Shown here piece by piece: positions 20,785 to 28,726 of a DNA stretch of 64,000 bases. Positions within the stretch are counted from its first letter, which is position 1. The number at the start of each line of letters is the position of its first letter. The stretch comes from a bacterium (GTDB lineage: Bacteria > SAR324 > JACQKK01). The notes beneath the pieces are model-generated. The model was not told the DNA's origin and did no database searches. It was given only the letters and a program-made list of their open reading frames with translations. The DNA is taken from the NCBI GenBank assembly GCA_965249525.1, contig OZ252237.1:1156443-1220442 (forward strand), read 5' to 3'. The translations under genes were made by a program, and so were the position numbers.

Positions 20785-22149
20785 ATGAATCAAAGCAGCC
20801 AACAAGTTAAGAGGTTGTCGCCGTTGGAGGAACAGCTGCGACTGCTGTTTGCCCAGGGTCGGCGACGGCAGGTGATGAAATTGCTCAGCCAGGCTGCAGC
20901 CCAGGATGTGGCAGATGCGCTGATGGTGCTGGAACACCATGAACGTCAACAAGCGGTAAAGCTGCTGGTGGAAGAGCAATTGCCGCTGGTGGTGAAATCA
21001 TTACCGCATCATGGGCGTGCCCGTGTGCTGGAGGTGTTGTCGGAACGGCGGGTGAAGAAGCTGCTGCCCCAACTGGAATTAGATGATGCAGCCGATGTGC
21101 TGGAATTGCTGCCAGAGGGCTTGCAGCAGCGTATTTTAAGGGGGATGCCACACCGCAAGCGGCGCATGCTGGGGCAGCTGCTGCATTATCCCCAAGACCG
21201 AGCCGGGGGGATTATGAATCCCCATGTGTTGCGCATCAATCAACGTCACACAGTACAGCAGGCTGTGGCCACCATACGTGCCTATCTGCGTTTCACCAAT
21301 ATGGAAGGATTTTACAATGTATTCGTGGTGGATGCAGAAGGTCGCTTGAAGGGGCAGATTCCCGCCTGGCGCCTGATACTGGCATCGCAGCAAGCCCCAG
21401 TGACCGAATTGATGCGCCCCTGTCTGGTGAGTGTACATCCCTATGTGCATCAGCAGGAGGTGGCGCGCTTGGCAGTGCGGCACCGCTTGGTCAGTGTACC
21501 AGTGCTCAATCAGGAGGGGCAGTTGATTGGGCGGGTGACCATTGACGACATTGTGGATGTGATTCAACGCGAGCATCATGAAGATGTGGGTCATTTGAGT
21601 GGTACGGGCAGGGAACAGGTGCATGCTTTATCCTTATGGGAGACCTTGCGTACGCGCATGCCTTGGTTGTGGGTGGCTTTGGCGGGGGAGTTTGCCTTGG
21701 CGATGTTCATGCAGCGCAACGGAGTGGTGCTGGAACGGACACCACAGCTGGCGTTTTTTATTCCCTTGGTGATGGCCATGGGGGGCAATGCTGGGGTGCA
21801 GTCAGCCAGCTTGGTGCTGCGGGGTTTAGCCAGTGGGGAAATTCGTTTGCGGGATTTTTGGCGTCGGATGCAGCGGGAGCTGCTGGTGGCAGGCAGCCTA
21901 GGCACGGTGCTGGCCCTCATGATTGCCCTGGCTGCTGGCGGTTTGACCGCAGGCATCCGCCTGGGGGCAGCGGTGGGACTGGCTGCCTGGGTCAACATCT
22001 TTTTCTCTACCTTGTTTGGTACAGCCATCCCGCTGCTTTTGCAAAAGCTGGGCAAAGACCCCGCCCTGGCCACAGGACCGTTTATTACCACCCTGAATGA
22101 CATCCTGGGCGTTGCCATCTACTTGGGCATTGCGCTATGGTTGCTGTGA
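20785..22149 (+). CDS. mgtE: Magnesium transporter MgtE
   Basis: 454 aa. MgtE N-domain, a CBS pair (...FVVDAEGRLKGQI..., ...PVLNQEGQLIGRVTIDDIVDVI), and a 5-TM C-terminus with GGNAGVQS. Confidence 0.92.
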   Translation: MNQSSQQVKRLSPLEEQLRLLFAQGRRRQVMKLLSQAAAQDVADALMVLEHHERQQAVKLLVEEQLPLVVKSLPHHGRARVLEVLSERRVKKLLPQLELDDAADVLELLPEGLQQRILRGMPHRKRRMLGQLLHYPQDRAGGIMNPHVLRINQRHTVQQAVATIRAYLRFTNMEGFYNVFVVDAEGRLKGQIPAWRLILASQQAPVTELMRPCLVSVHPYVHQQEVARLAVRHRLVSVPVLNQEGQLIGRVTIDDIVDVIQREHHEDVGHLSGTGREQVHALSLWETLRTRMPWLWVALAGEFALAMFMQRNGVVLERTPQLAFFIPLVMAMGGNAGVQSASLVLRGLASGEIRLRDFWRRMQRELLVAGSLGTVLALMIALAAGGLTAGIRLGAAVGLAAWVNIFFSTLFGTAIPLLLQKLGKDPALATGPFITTLNDILGVAIYLGIALWLL

Positions 22150-22185
22150 CCTGCACCGTCACACCCAACCATCTAGGAGGCAGTC

Positions 22186-23079
22186 ATGGTGGAACCCACC
22201 AAAAGCAAAAAGATTGAACTGTTTCTAATAGATGGCACTGCCAACGGAACTATAATTGCTCTTGGAGAAAAATGCCAATTCATCACTGCCCCAAGAGACA
22301 CTCTTCCCTGGTCGTCAGAAGACGAAACTTACCAGCCATACATAAACAAAGGAGTTTATATTATCAAAGGCGAAGAAAAACTGTATGTAGGACAGAGTAA
22401 GAATATCCACACCCGAATTCTCCAACATAGAAGAGAAAAAGATTGGGAGTGGCAGCGTTGCTGTGCTCTCACTTGCAATCACGATTGGTTTGGAGCTGAA
22501 GAGATAGATTACTTGGAAGAACGCCTTATTAAATTGGCTCAAATAGATCCCGATGGAAGAAAACTAGAAACAGATATGCGTCATACACCCGCTTCTGTCC
22601 ATCTTAAGAATAAAGACAAAAAATTTGCAGATGAAATTTTACAGGAAGCCTTGCTGGTATTTCCCTTGCTGGGGTTTGACTTTTTCTATGACAGCAGCAA
22701 TGCTGCCAAAGATGTCAGCATTCCCATTTTTAAGATAGAACAAGGGAAAATAACCGCAAGCGTCCGACTGCAAGACGACAAATGGGTGGTGCTAAAAGAT
22801 TCTCTCGGCAGACTTGAATTCACCCCCTCTTGGAAAACGCACTCTCTGGGCTACTATAAACAGAGAGAACGTTTGAAAGAAAATGGCATCTTGCAGCCAC
22901 AAGGAGACATGTTGGTATTTACCCAAGACACCCCCTTTGACAGTTCCTCCGCAGCAGCATCGGTTATTTATGGAATAGCGCAGAATGGCTACAAAATATG
23001 GAGAGTCCCAGAGGAAGGCAAACGTTACTCCCAGTGGCAGACTTATGGCGAGTGGGAAGACAGCCGACCAGAATCATGA
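22186..23079 (+). CDS. GIY-YIG nuclease-domain protein with C-terminal DUF4357-like module (array copy 1)
   Basis: 297 aa. AGGAGG-N5-ATG, 36 nt after the mgtE stop. KGVYIIKGEEKLYVGQSKNIHTRILQH...YLEERL fits the GIY/YIG/Arg/Glu pattern. C-terminal FDSSSAAASVIYGIAQNGYKIW fits the SxSAA...NG..W signature recalled for DUF4357. Visibly more AT-rich than copies 2, 3 and 5. Confidence 0.8.
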   Translation: MVEPTKSKKIELFLIDGTANGTIIALGEKCQFITAPRDTLPWSSEDETYQPYINKGVYIIKGEEKLYVGQSKNIHTRILQHRREKDWEWQRCCALTCNHDWFGAEEIDYLEERLIKLAQIDPDGRKLETDMRHTPASVHLKNKDKKFADEILQEALLVFPLLGFDFFYDSSNAAKDVSIPIFKIEQGKITASVRLQDDKWVVLKDSLGRLEFTPSWKTHSLGYYKQRERLKENGILQPQGDMLVFTQDTPFDSSSAAASVIYGIAQNGYKIWRVPEEGKRYSQWQTYGEWEDSRPES

Positions 23080-23128
23080 TCATAGTTCTTGATCTTATGC
23101 TACGGTGCAGCAGCAGTAAAATCGCAGG

Positions 23129-23185
23129 ATGACGCATAGCCTGGGCGTTGCCATCTACTTGGGCATTGCGCTATGGTTGCTGTGA
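23129..23185 (+). other. mgtE 3'-tail relic recast as an 18-codon mini-ORF (MTHSLGVAIYLGIALWLL*)
   Basis: 23140-23185 is identical to mgtE 22104-22149. An in-frame ATG lies at 23129. It is followed by GTGAC-N7-GTCAC and AGGAGG. Confidence 0.6.
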
Positions 23186-23221
23186 CTTGCACCGTCACAC
23201 CCAACCATCTAGGAGGCAGTC

Positions 23222-24115
23222 ATGATGGAACCCACCAAAAGCAAGACAGTTCAACTGACTTTTGAGGAGGGCACGCCCCACGGGATTGTCAATGTCAAGA
23301 GCCTCACCTCCCCCTACAATATTATGGCTGCCCCCCGCAACAGCCTGAACCAGCTGCCAGGCGAAAAAACCTACCAAAAACCAGGGAATTATTTGCTTAA
23401 AGGCGAAACAGAGGAGGGTTTAACCTTGTATGTGGGTCAAAGCGATAAGGTGCTCAAGCGCATCAAGCAACATAAGCGTGAAAGAGAATGGTGGACACAC
23501 TGCTGCCTGTTGACCTGCAAAAGCGACTGGCTCAATATTTCTCATGCACGCTACCTGGAACACCGCTTGTACCAACTTGCCCAAAACAACGGTGGTGTAA
23601 AGCTGGATAATGATATTGTGCCCACCCCTTCCTCTCTCTCCGAAGGACAGGCAACCGCCGCAGAAAATTTTCTGCAGGCTGCCTTGCTGGTATTGCCCTT
23701 GCTGGGGTTTGACTTTTTCTATGACAGCAGCAATGCTGCCCAAGATGCCCGCATTCCTATTTTTAAGCTAGAAATAGGCAATTCAAATGCAAGCGCCCGA
23801 CTGCAAGACGACAAATGGGTTGTACTAAAAGGATCTATTGCCAGAGGTGAAGAAGCCGATACTTTGAAAACATACGCTCCAGGATACTCTAAACAGAGAG
23901 AACGTTTGATAGAAAATAAAATTTTGCAGCCACAAGGAGAAGACATGTTGAAATTTATCCAAGACACCCCATTTACCAGCTCTTCCGCAGCAGCATCGGT
24001 TGTTTATGGACAACTGCTGAATGGACGCCAAACATGGAAAGTCCCAGAGGAAGGCAAACCTTACTCTCAGTGCCAGACTTATGGCGAGTGGGAAGACAGC
24101 CGACCAGAATCATGA
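23222..24115 (+). CDS. GIY-YIG nuclease-domain protein with C-terminal DUF4357-like module (array copy 2)
   Basis: 297 aa. GNYLLKGETEEGLTLYVGQSDKVLKRIKQH...YLEHRL, and C-terminal FTSSSAAASVVYGQLLNGRQTW. Confidence 0.8.
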   Translation: MMEPTKSKTVQLTFEEGTPHGIVNVKSLTSPYNIMAAPRNSLNQLPGEKTYQKPGNYLLKGETEEGLTLYVGQSDKVLKRIKQHKREREWWTHCCLLTCKSDWLNISHARYLEHRLYQLAQNNGGVKLDNDIVPTPSSLSEGQATAAENFLQAALLVLPLLGFDFFYDSSNAAQDARIPIFKLEIGNSNASARLQDDKWVVLKGSIARGEEADTLKTYAPGYSKQRERLIENKILQPQGEDMLKFIQDTPFTSSSAAASVVYGQLLNGRQTWKVPEEGKPYSQCQTYGEWEDSRPES

Positions 24116-24164
24116 TCATGGTTCTTGATCTTATGCTACGAGGCAGCAGCAGTAAAATCGCAGG

Positions 24165-24221
24165 ATGACGCATAGCCTGGGCGTTGCCATCTACTTGGGC
24201 ATTGCGCTATGGTTGCTGTGA
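24165..24221 (+). other. mgtE 3'-tail relic / 18-codon mini-ORF
   Basis: Same sequence and geometry as 23129-23185. Confidence 0.6.
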
Positions 24222-24257
24222 CTTGCACCGTCACACCCAACCATCTAGGAGGCAATC

Positions 24258-25148
24258 ATGAAGCAAAACCCGCAATCCAAGACAATTACACTATTTTTGG
24301 AAACTGGCACCCCCAACGGGGTGGTAAAGGCTGATGACCCCTCCTCCAACTGCCAAATTGCCGCTGCCCCCCGCAACCAGTTGCGCCAGCTGCTAGGCCA
24401 GAAAAAGTACCAAAAACCAGGGGCTTATCTGCTGAAAGGCGAACCAGAGGAGGATTTAACCCTGTATGTGGGTAAAACCAATAATTTCTCTGATCGCATT
24501 AAGAACCATGATTCCAAAAAAGACTGGTGGACACACTGCTGCCTGATAAACTCCAAAGATAAATGGCTAAATTCTGCTGATGCAGGCTACCTGGAACACC
24601 ACTTGTACCAACTTGCCAAAAGCAACGGGCAAGTAAGGCTGACTAACGAAAACGAGCCCTCTTCTCCTGATATCGCCGAAGACCGGGCAGTCGTCGCAGA
24701 AAATTTTCTGCAGGCTGCCTTGCTGATTTTCCCTTTGCTGGAGTTTAACTTTTTCTATGACAGTACCAGCACCCCCAAAGATGCCAGCATTCCCATTTTT
24801 AAGCTAGAAACCAAGAAAGTAGAGGCAACTGCCCGACTGCAAGGCGACAAATGGATTGTGCTAAAAGGTTCTTTTGCCGATCTTACAGCTGCCAGCTATT
24901 TAGAAAAGGACTATCCAGGCTACTATAAACGGAGAGAACGTTTGATAGAAAATGACATCTTGAAGAAACAAGGAGACATGTTGGTATTTACCCAAGATGC
25001 CCCATTTAACAGCCCTTCCACAGCAGCATCAATTATTATTGGAAAACCTTCTAATGGACGCCAAACATGGAAAGCACAAGAGAAGGGTAAAGCTTACTCC
25101 CAGTGGCAGACTTATGGCGAGTGGGAAGACAGCCGACCAGAATCATGA
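24258..25148 (+). CDS. GIY-YIG nuclease-domain protein with C-terminal DUF4357-like module (array copy 3)
   Basis: 296 aa. GAYLLKGEPEEDLTLYVGKTNNFSDRIKNH...YLEHHL, and C-terminal FNSPSTAASIIIGKPSNGRQTW. Confidence 0.8.
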   Translation: MKQNPQSKTITLFLETGTPNGVVKADDPSSNCQIAAAPRNQLRQLLGQKKYQKPGAYLLKGEPEEDLTLYVGKTNNFSDRIKNHDSKKDWWTHCCLINSKDKWLNSADAGYLEHHLYQLAKSNGQVRLTNENEPSSPDIAEDRAVVAENFLQAALLIFPLLEFNFFYDSTSTPKDASIPIFKLETKKVEATARLQGDKWIVLKGSFADLTAASYLEKDYPGYYKRRERLIENDILKKQGDMLVFTQDAPFNSPSTAASIIIGKPSNGRQTWKAQEKGKAYSQWQTYGEWEDSRPES

Positions 25149-25197
25149 TCATGGTTCTTGATCTTATGCTACGAGGCAGCAGCAGTAAAATCGCAGG

Positions 25198-25290
25198 ATG
25201 ACGCATAGCCTGGGCGTTGCCATCTGCCTGGGCGTTGCCATCTGCCTGGGCGTTGCCATCTACTTGGGCATTGCGCTATGGTTGCTGTAA
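25198..25290 (+). other. mgtE 3'-tail relic / 30-codon mini-ORF, extended by two in-frame 18-bp repeats
   Basis: CCTGGGCGTTGCCATCTG x3 at 25209-25262. The ORF stays open and ends at TAA 25288-25290. Confidence 0.6.
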
Positions 25291-25326
25291 CCTGCACCGT
25301 CACACCCAACCATCTAGGAGGCAATC

Positions 25327-26220
25327 ATGATGGAACCCACCAAAAGCAAAAAGATTGAACTGTTTCTAATAGATGGCACTGCCAACGGAACTATAATTGC
25401 TCTTGGAGAAAAATGCCAATTCATCACTGCCCCAAGAGACACTCTTCCCTGGTCGTCAGAAGACGAAACTTACCAGCCATACATAAACAAAGGAGTTTAT
25501 ATTATCAAAGGCGAAGAAAAACTGTATGTAGGACAGAGTAAGAATATCCACACCCGAATTCTCCAACATAGAAGAGAAAAAGATTGGGAGTGGCAGCGTT
25601 GCTGTGCTCTCACTTGCAATCACGATTGGTTTGGAGCTGAAGAGATAGATTACTTGGAAGAACGCCTTATTAAATTGGCTCAAATAGATCCCGATGGAAG
25701 AAAACTAGAAACAGATATGCGTCATACACCCGCTTCTGTCCATCTTAAGAATAAAGACAAAAAATTTGCAGATGAAATTTTACAGGAAGCCTTGCTGGTA
25801 TTTCCCTTGCTGGGGTTTGACTTTTTCTATGACAGCAGCAATGCTGCCAAAGATGTCAGCATTCCCATTTTTAAGATAGAACAAGGCAAAATAACCGCAA
25901 GCGTCCGACTGCAAGACGACAAATGGGTGGTGCTAAAAGATTCTCTCGGCAGACTTGAATTCACCCCCTCTTGGAAAACGCACTCTCTGGGCTACTATAA
26001 ACAGAGAGAACGTTTGAAAGAAAATGGCATCTTGCAGCCACAAGGAGACATGTTGGTATTTACCCAAGACACCCCCTTTGACAGTTCCTCCGCAGCAGCA
26101 TCGGTTATTTATGGAATAGCGCAGAATGGCTACAAAATATGGAGAGTCCCAGAGGAAGGCAAACGTTACTCCCAGTGGCAGACTTATGGCGAGTGGGAAG
26201 ACAGCCGACCAGAATCATGA
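25327..26220 (+). CDS. GIY-YIG nuclease-domain protein with C-terminal DUF4357-like module (array copy 4, near-identical to copy 1)
   Basis: Line-by-line comparison with 22186-23079 (offset 3141) shows only 2 substitutions: 22189 G/A (V2M) and 22746 G/C (synonymous). Confidence 0.8.
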   Translation: MMEPTKSKKIELFLIDGTANGTIIALGEKCQFITAPRDTLPWSSEDETYQPYINKGVYIIKGEEKLYVGQSKNIHTRILQHRREKDWEWQRCCALTCNHDWFGAEEIDYLEERLIKLAQIDPDGRKLETDMRHTPASVHLKNKDKKFADEILQEALLVFPLLGFDFFYDSSNAAKDVSIPIFKIEQGKITASVRLQDDKWVVLKDSLGRLEFTPSWKTHSLGYYKQRERLKENGILQPQGDMLVFTQDTPFDSSSAAASVIYGIAQNGYKIWRVPEEGKRYSQWQTYGEWEDSRPES

Positions 26221-26269
26221 TCATGGTTCTTGATCTTATGCTACGGTGCAGCAGCAGTAAAATCGCAGG

Positions 26270-26344
26270 ATGACGCATAGCCTGGGCGTTGCCATCTGCC
26301 TGGGCGTTGCCATCTACTTGGGCATTGCGCTATGGTTGCTGTGA
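26270..26344 (+). other. mgtE 3'-tail relic / 24-codon mini-ORF, with one extra in-frame 18-bp repeat
   Basis: CCTGGGCGTTGCCATCTG x2 at 26281-26316. The ORF is open through TGA 26342-26344. Confidence 0.6.
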
Positions 26345-26380
26345 CTTGCACCGTCACACCCAACCATCTAGGAGGCAGTC

Positions 26381-27781
26381 ATGATGGAACCCACCAAAAG
26401 CAAGACAGTTCAACTGACTTTTGAGAATGGCACGCCCCACGGGATTGTCAATGTCAAGAGCCTCACCTCCCCCTACAATATTATGGCTGCCCCCCGCAAC
26501 AGCCTGAGCCAGCTGCCAGGCGAAAAAACCTACCAAAAACCAGGGAATTATTTGCTTAAAGGCGAAACAGAAGAAGATTTAACCCTGTATGTGGGTCAAA
26601 GCGATGATGTCCTCAAACGCATCAAGCAACATTATCAAAAAAAAGAATGGTGGACACACTGCTGCCTGTTGACCAGTAAAGGCGACGAACTCAACATCTC
26701 TCATACACGCTATCTGGAACGCTGCTTGTACGATCTTGCCCAAGACAACGGTTATGTAAAGCTGGACAATGAGAAGGCACCCGACTCTTCCCCTCTCTCC
26801 CAAGAACAGAAAAACGAAGCAGAACATTTTCTTCAGGATGCCTTGCTGGTATTTCCCTCGCTGGGTTTTAACTTTTTCTATGACAGCGCCGGCCGTCCCC
26901 AAGCTGCCAGCCCTGCCATTGCTAAGGATAAGAAAGAATCATCCGACAGCACCCCTGCTGCCAAAGATGTGAGCATTCCCATTTTTAAGATAAAACAAGG
27001 CAAAATAACCGCAACTGTCCAACTGCAAGACGACAAATGGGTGGTGCTAAAAGATTCTCTCGGCAGACTTGAATTCACCCCCTCTTGGAAAACGCACTCT
27101 CTGGGCTACTATAAACAGAGAGAACGTTTGAAAGAAAATGGCATTTTGCAGAAACAAGGAGAAACCTTAATTTTTACCCAAGACACCCCATTTACCAGCC
27201 CTTCCGCAGCAGCATCCATTGTTCTTGCAAGCACCATGAATGGTTACAAAACATGGAGAGTCCCAGAGGAAAACAAACCTTACTCCCAGTGGCAGACTTA
27301 TGGCGAGTGGGAAAAAATCTACCTAGAAGCTACCTCAGATGCCAGCCTTCCCGTTTCCAAGAGTGAAAGAGACCCATCCTATGACGGTGCCAGTGCTGCC
27401 AAAGATGCCAGCCTTCCCATTTTTAAGGTAAAAATAGGCAAAGCAAATGCAAGCGCCCGACTGCAAGGCGACAAATGGGTGGTGCTAAAAGGTTCTCTCG
27501 GCAGACTTGAATTCACCCCCTCTTTGAAAACGCACTTTCTGGGCTACTATAAACAGAGAGAACGTTTGAAAGAAAATGGCATTTTGCAGGAACAAGAAGA
27601 CACCTTAATTTTTACCCAAGACACCCCATTTACCAGCTCTTCCGCAGCAGCATCCATTGTTCTTGCAAGACCCCTGAATGGCTACAAAACATGGAAAGTC
27701 CCAGAAAAAGACAAACCTTACTCCCAGTGGCAGACTTATGGCGAGTGGGAAGCAACCCAGCTAGAAGCCGCCGCCTCATGA
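26381..27781 (+). CDS. GIY-YIG nuclease-domain protein with two tandem C-terminal DUF4357-like modules (array copy 5)
   Basis: 466 aa. The N-terminus is nearly identical to copy 2 for about the first 60 codons. The C-module (AAKD.S.PIFK...QTYGEWE) occurs twice with a 438-bp period (from 26960 and from 27398). Confidence 0.8.
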   Translation: MMEPTKSKTVQLTFENGTPHGIVNVKSLTSPYNIMAAPRNSLSQLPGEKTYQKPGNYLLKGETEEDLTLYVGQSDDVLKRIKQHYQKKEWWTHCCLLTSKGDELNISHTRYLERCLYDLAQDNGYVKLDNEKAPDSSPLSQEQKNEAEHFLQDALLVFPSLGFNFFYDSAGRPQAASPAIAKDKKESSDSTPAAKDVSIPIFKIKQGKITATVQLQDDKWVVLKDSLGRLEFTPSWKTHSLGYYKQRERLKENGILQKQGETLIFTQDTPFTSPSAAASIVLASTMNGYKTWRVPEENKPYSQWQTYGEWEKIYLEATSDASLPVSKSERDPSYDGASAAKDASLPIFKVKIGKANASARLQGDKWVVLKGSLGRLEFTPSLKTHFLGYYKQRERLKENGILQEQEDTLIFTQDTPFTSSSAAASIVLARPLNGYKTWKVPEKDKPYSQWQTYGEWEATQLEAAAS

Positions 27782-27821
27782 TGCTGTGTGCCTGTTTCTC
27801 ATATAGAATGGACAGCTGCCT

Positions 27822-28667
27822 ATGAAAGGTGTGATTCTAGCCGCCGGCTACGGCAGCCGTTTTCTGCCCGCCTCTAAAACCATTCCCAAAGAACTCTTTC
27901 CCCTGCTGGACAAGCCTGCCATTGCCTTCATCGTAGAAGAATTTATCCAGGCAGGCATTGAACAGCTGATTGTGGTCACCTCCCGTCGTAAAAAACCACT
28001 GGATGATTTCTTTGACCGCGAAATAGAACTAGAACAAGCCCTAACTGGCGAAAAAAGAAAGTGCATTATCCCTCCCCAATTGGATGTATGCCTGCTGCAC
28101 CAGCAGCGCATGCTGGGTTCTGGCGACGCCTTAATGCAGCTGGAAGCCTGGGTAGGCAAGGAAGCCTTTGTGGTAGCTTATCCCGATGACATCCATATGG
28201 ATGGACCCTCGCTGACCGCACAGCTGATGGCAGTACACCAGCGCAGCCAGCGCAGTGTGCTTTCTTTGCAGGAAACCCCAGGCGATATCTCACGCTACGG
28301 CGTGGCAGTAGTCAAATCGCAGCATGGCGTACAACTGGTCACCCAACTGGTAGAAAAACCCCCCCAGGGCAAAGAACCCAGTCGCTTGGTCAGTTATGGA
28401 CGCTACCTGTACACCTCAGAAATTTTCAGCGCACTTAAACAAACACGGGCGTATTTCAGTGGCTCGGGTGAATTTACCCAAACCCAAGCCATCCAGCAGC
28501 TGGCCACAGAAGGACGCATGGCAGCGGTAACTTTTGAGGGTCGCATTTTGGATGTGGGAGAACCAGCAGGATACTTAAAATCCATCATAGCGTATGCCCT
28601 CACACGCCCAGATCTTAAAGAAGAACTGCTGCATTTTATCAAAGAGGTCAGTGCCCGCCACAACTAA
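27822..28667 (+). CDS. galU: UTP--glucose-1-phosphate uridylyltransferase
   Basis: MKGVILAAGYGSRFLPASKTIPKELFPLLDKPAIAFIVEE..., the canonical GalU N-terminus. Confidence 0.9.
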   Translation: MKGVILAAGYGSRFLPASKTIPKELFPLLDKPAIAFIVEEFIQAGIEQLIVVTSRRKKPLDDFFDREIELEQALTGEKRKCIIPPQLDVCLLHQQRMLGSGDALMQLEAWVGKEAFVVAYPDDIHMDGPSLTAQLMAVHQRSQRSVLSLQETPGDISRYGVAVVKSQHGVQLVTQLVEKPPQGKEPSRLVSYGRYLYTSEIFSALKQTRAYFSGSGEFTQTQAIQQLATEGRMAAVTFEGRILDVGEPAGYLKSIIAYALTRPDLKEELLHFIKEVSARHN

Positions 28668-28726
28668 GCCCCTGGTAAAAGCAGCGGGCAGGATTTTATG
28701 AAGGCAGGGAGGAGATTTGACACAGC

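Larger units (their letters stand above)
22104..27781 (+). repeat. Head-to-tail array of five ~1.04-1.07-kb units (the last extended to 1.4 kb), each = mgtE 3'-tail relic + hairpin + SD + GIY-YIG paralogue
   Basis: Gene starts at 22186, 23222, 24258, 25327 and 26381. Conserved spacers at 23080-23221, 24116-24257, 25149-25326 and 26221-26380. Confidence 0.9.

Noticed and set aside
20188-20979. 263-aa minus-strand ORF
   Set aside because: It spans the 3' end of the DUF3047-like gene, the repeat-containing spacer and the 5' end of mgtE in antisense. The composition is Pro/Gly/Cys-rich and repeat-derived.
22104-27781. Integron-like cassette array
   Set aside because: There is no integrase gene in the window. 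All 'cassettes' are paralogues of one gene. The spacers are copies of the mgtE 3' end rather than diverse attC-type imperfect palindromes.
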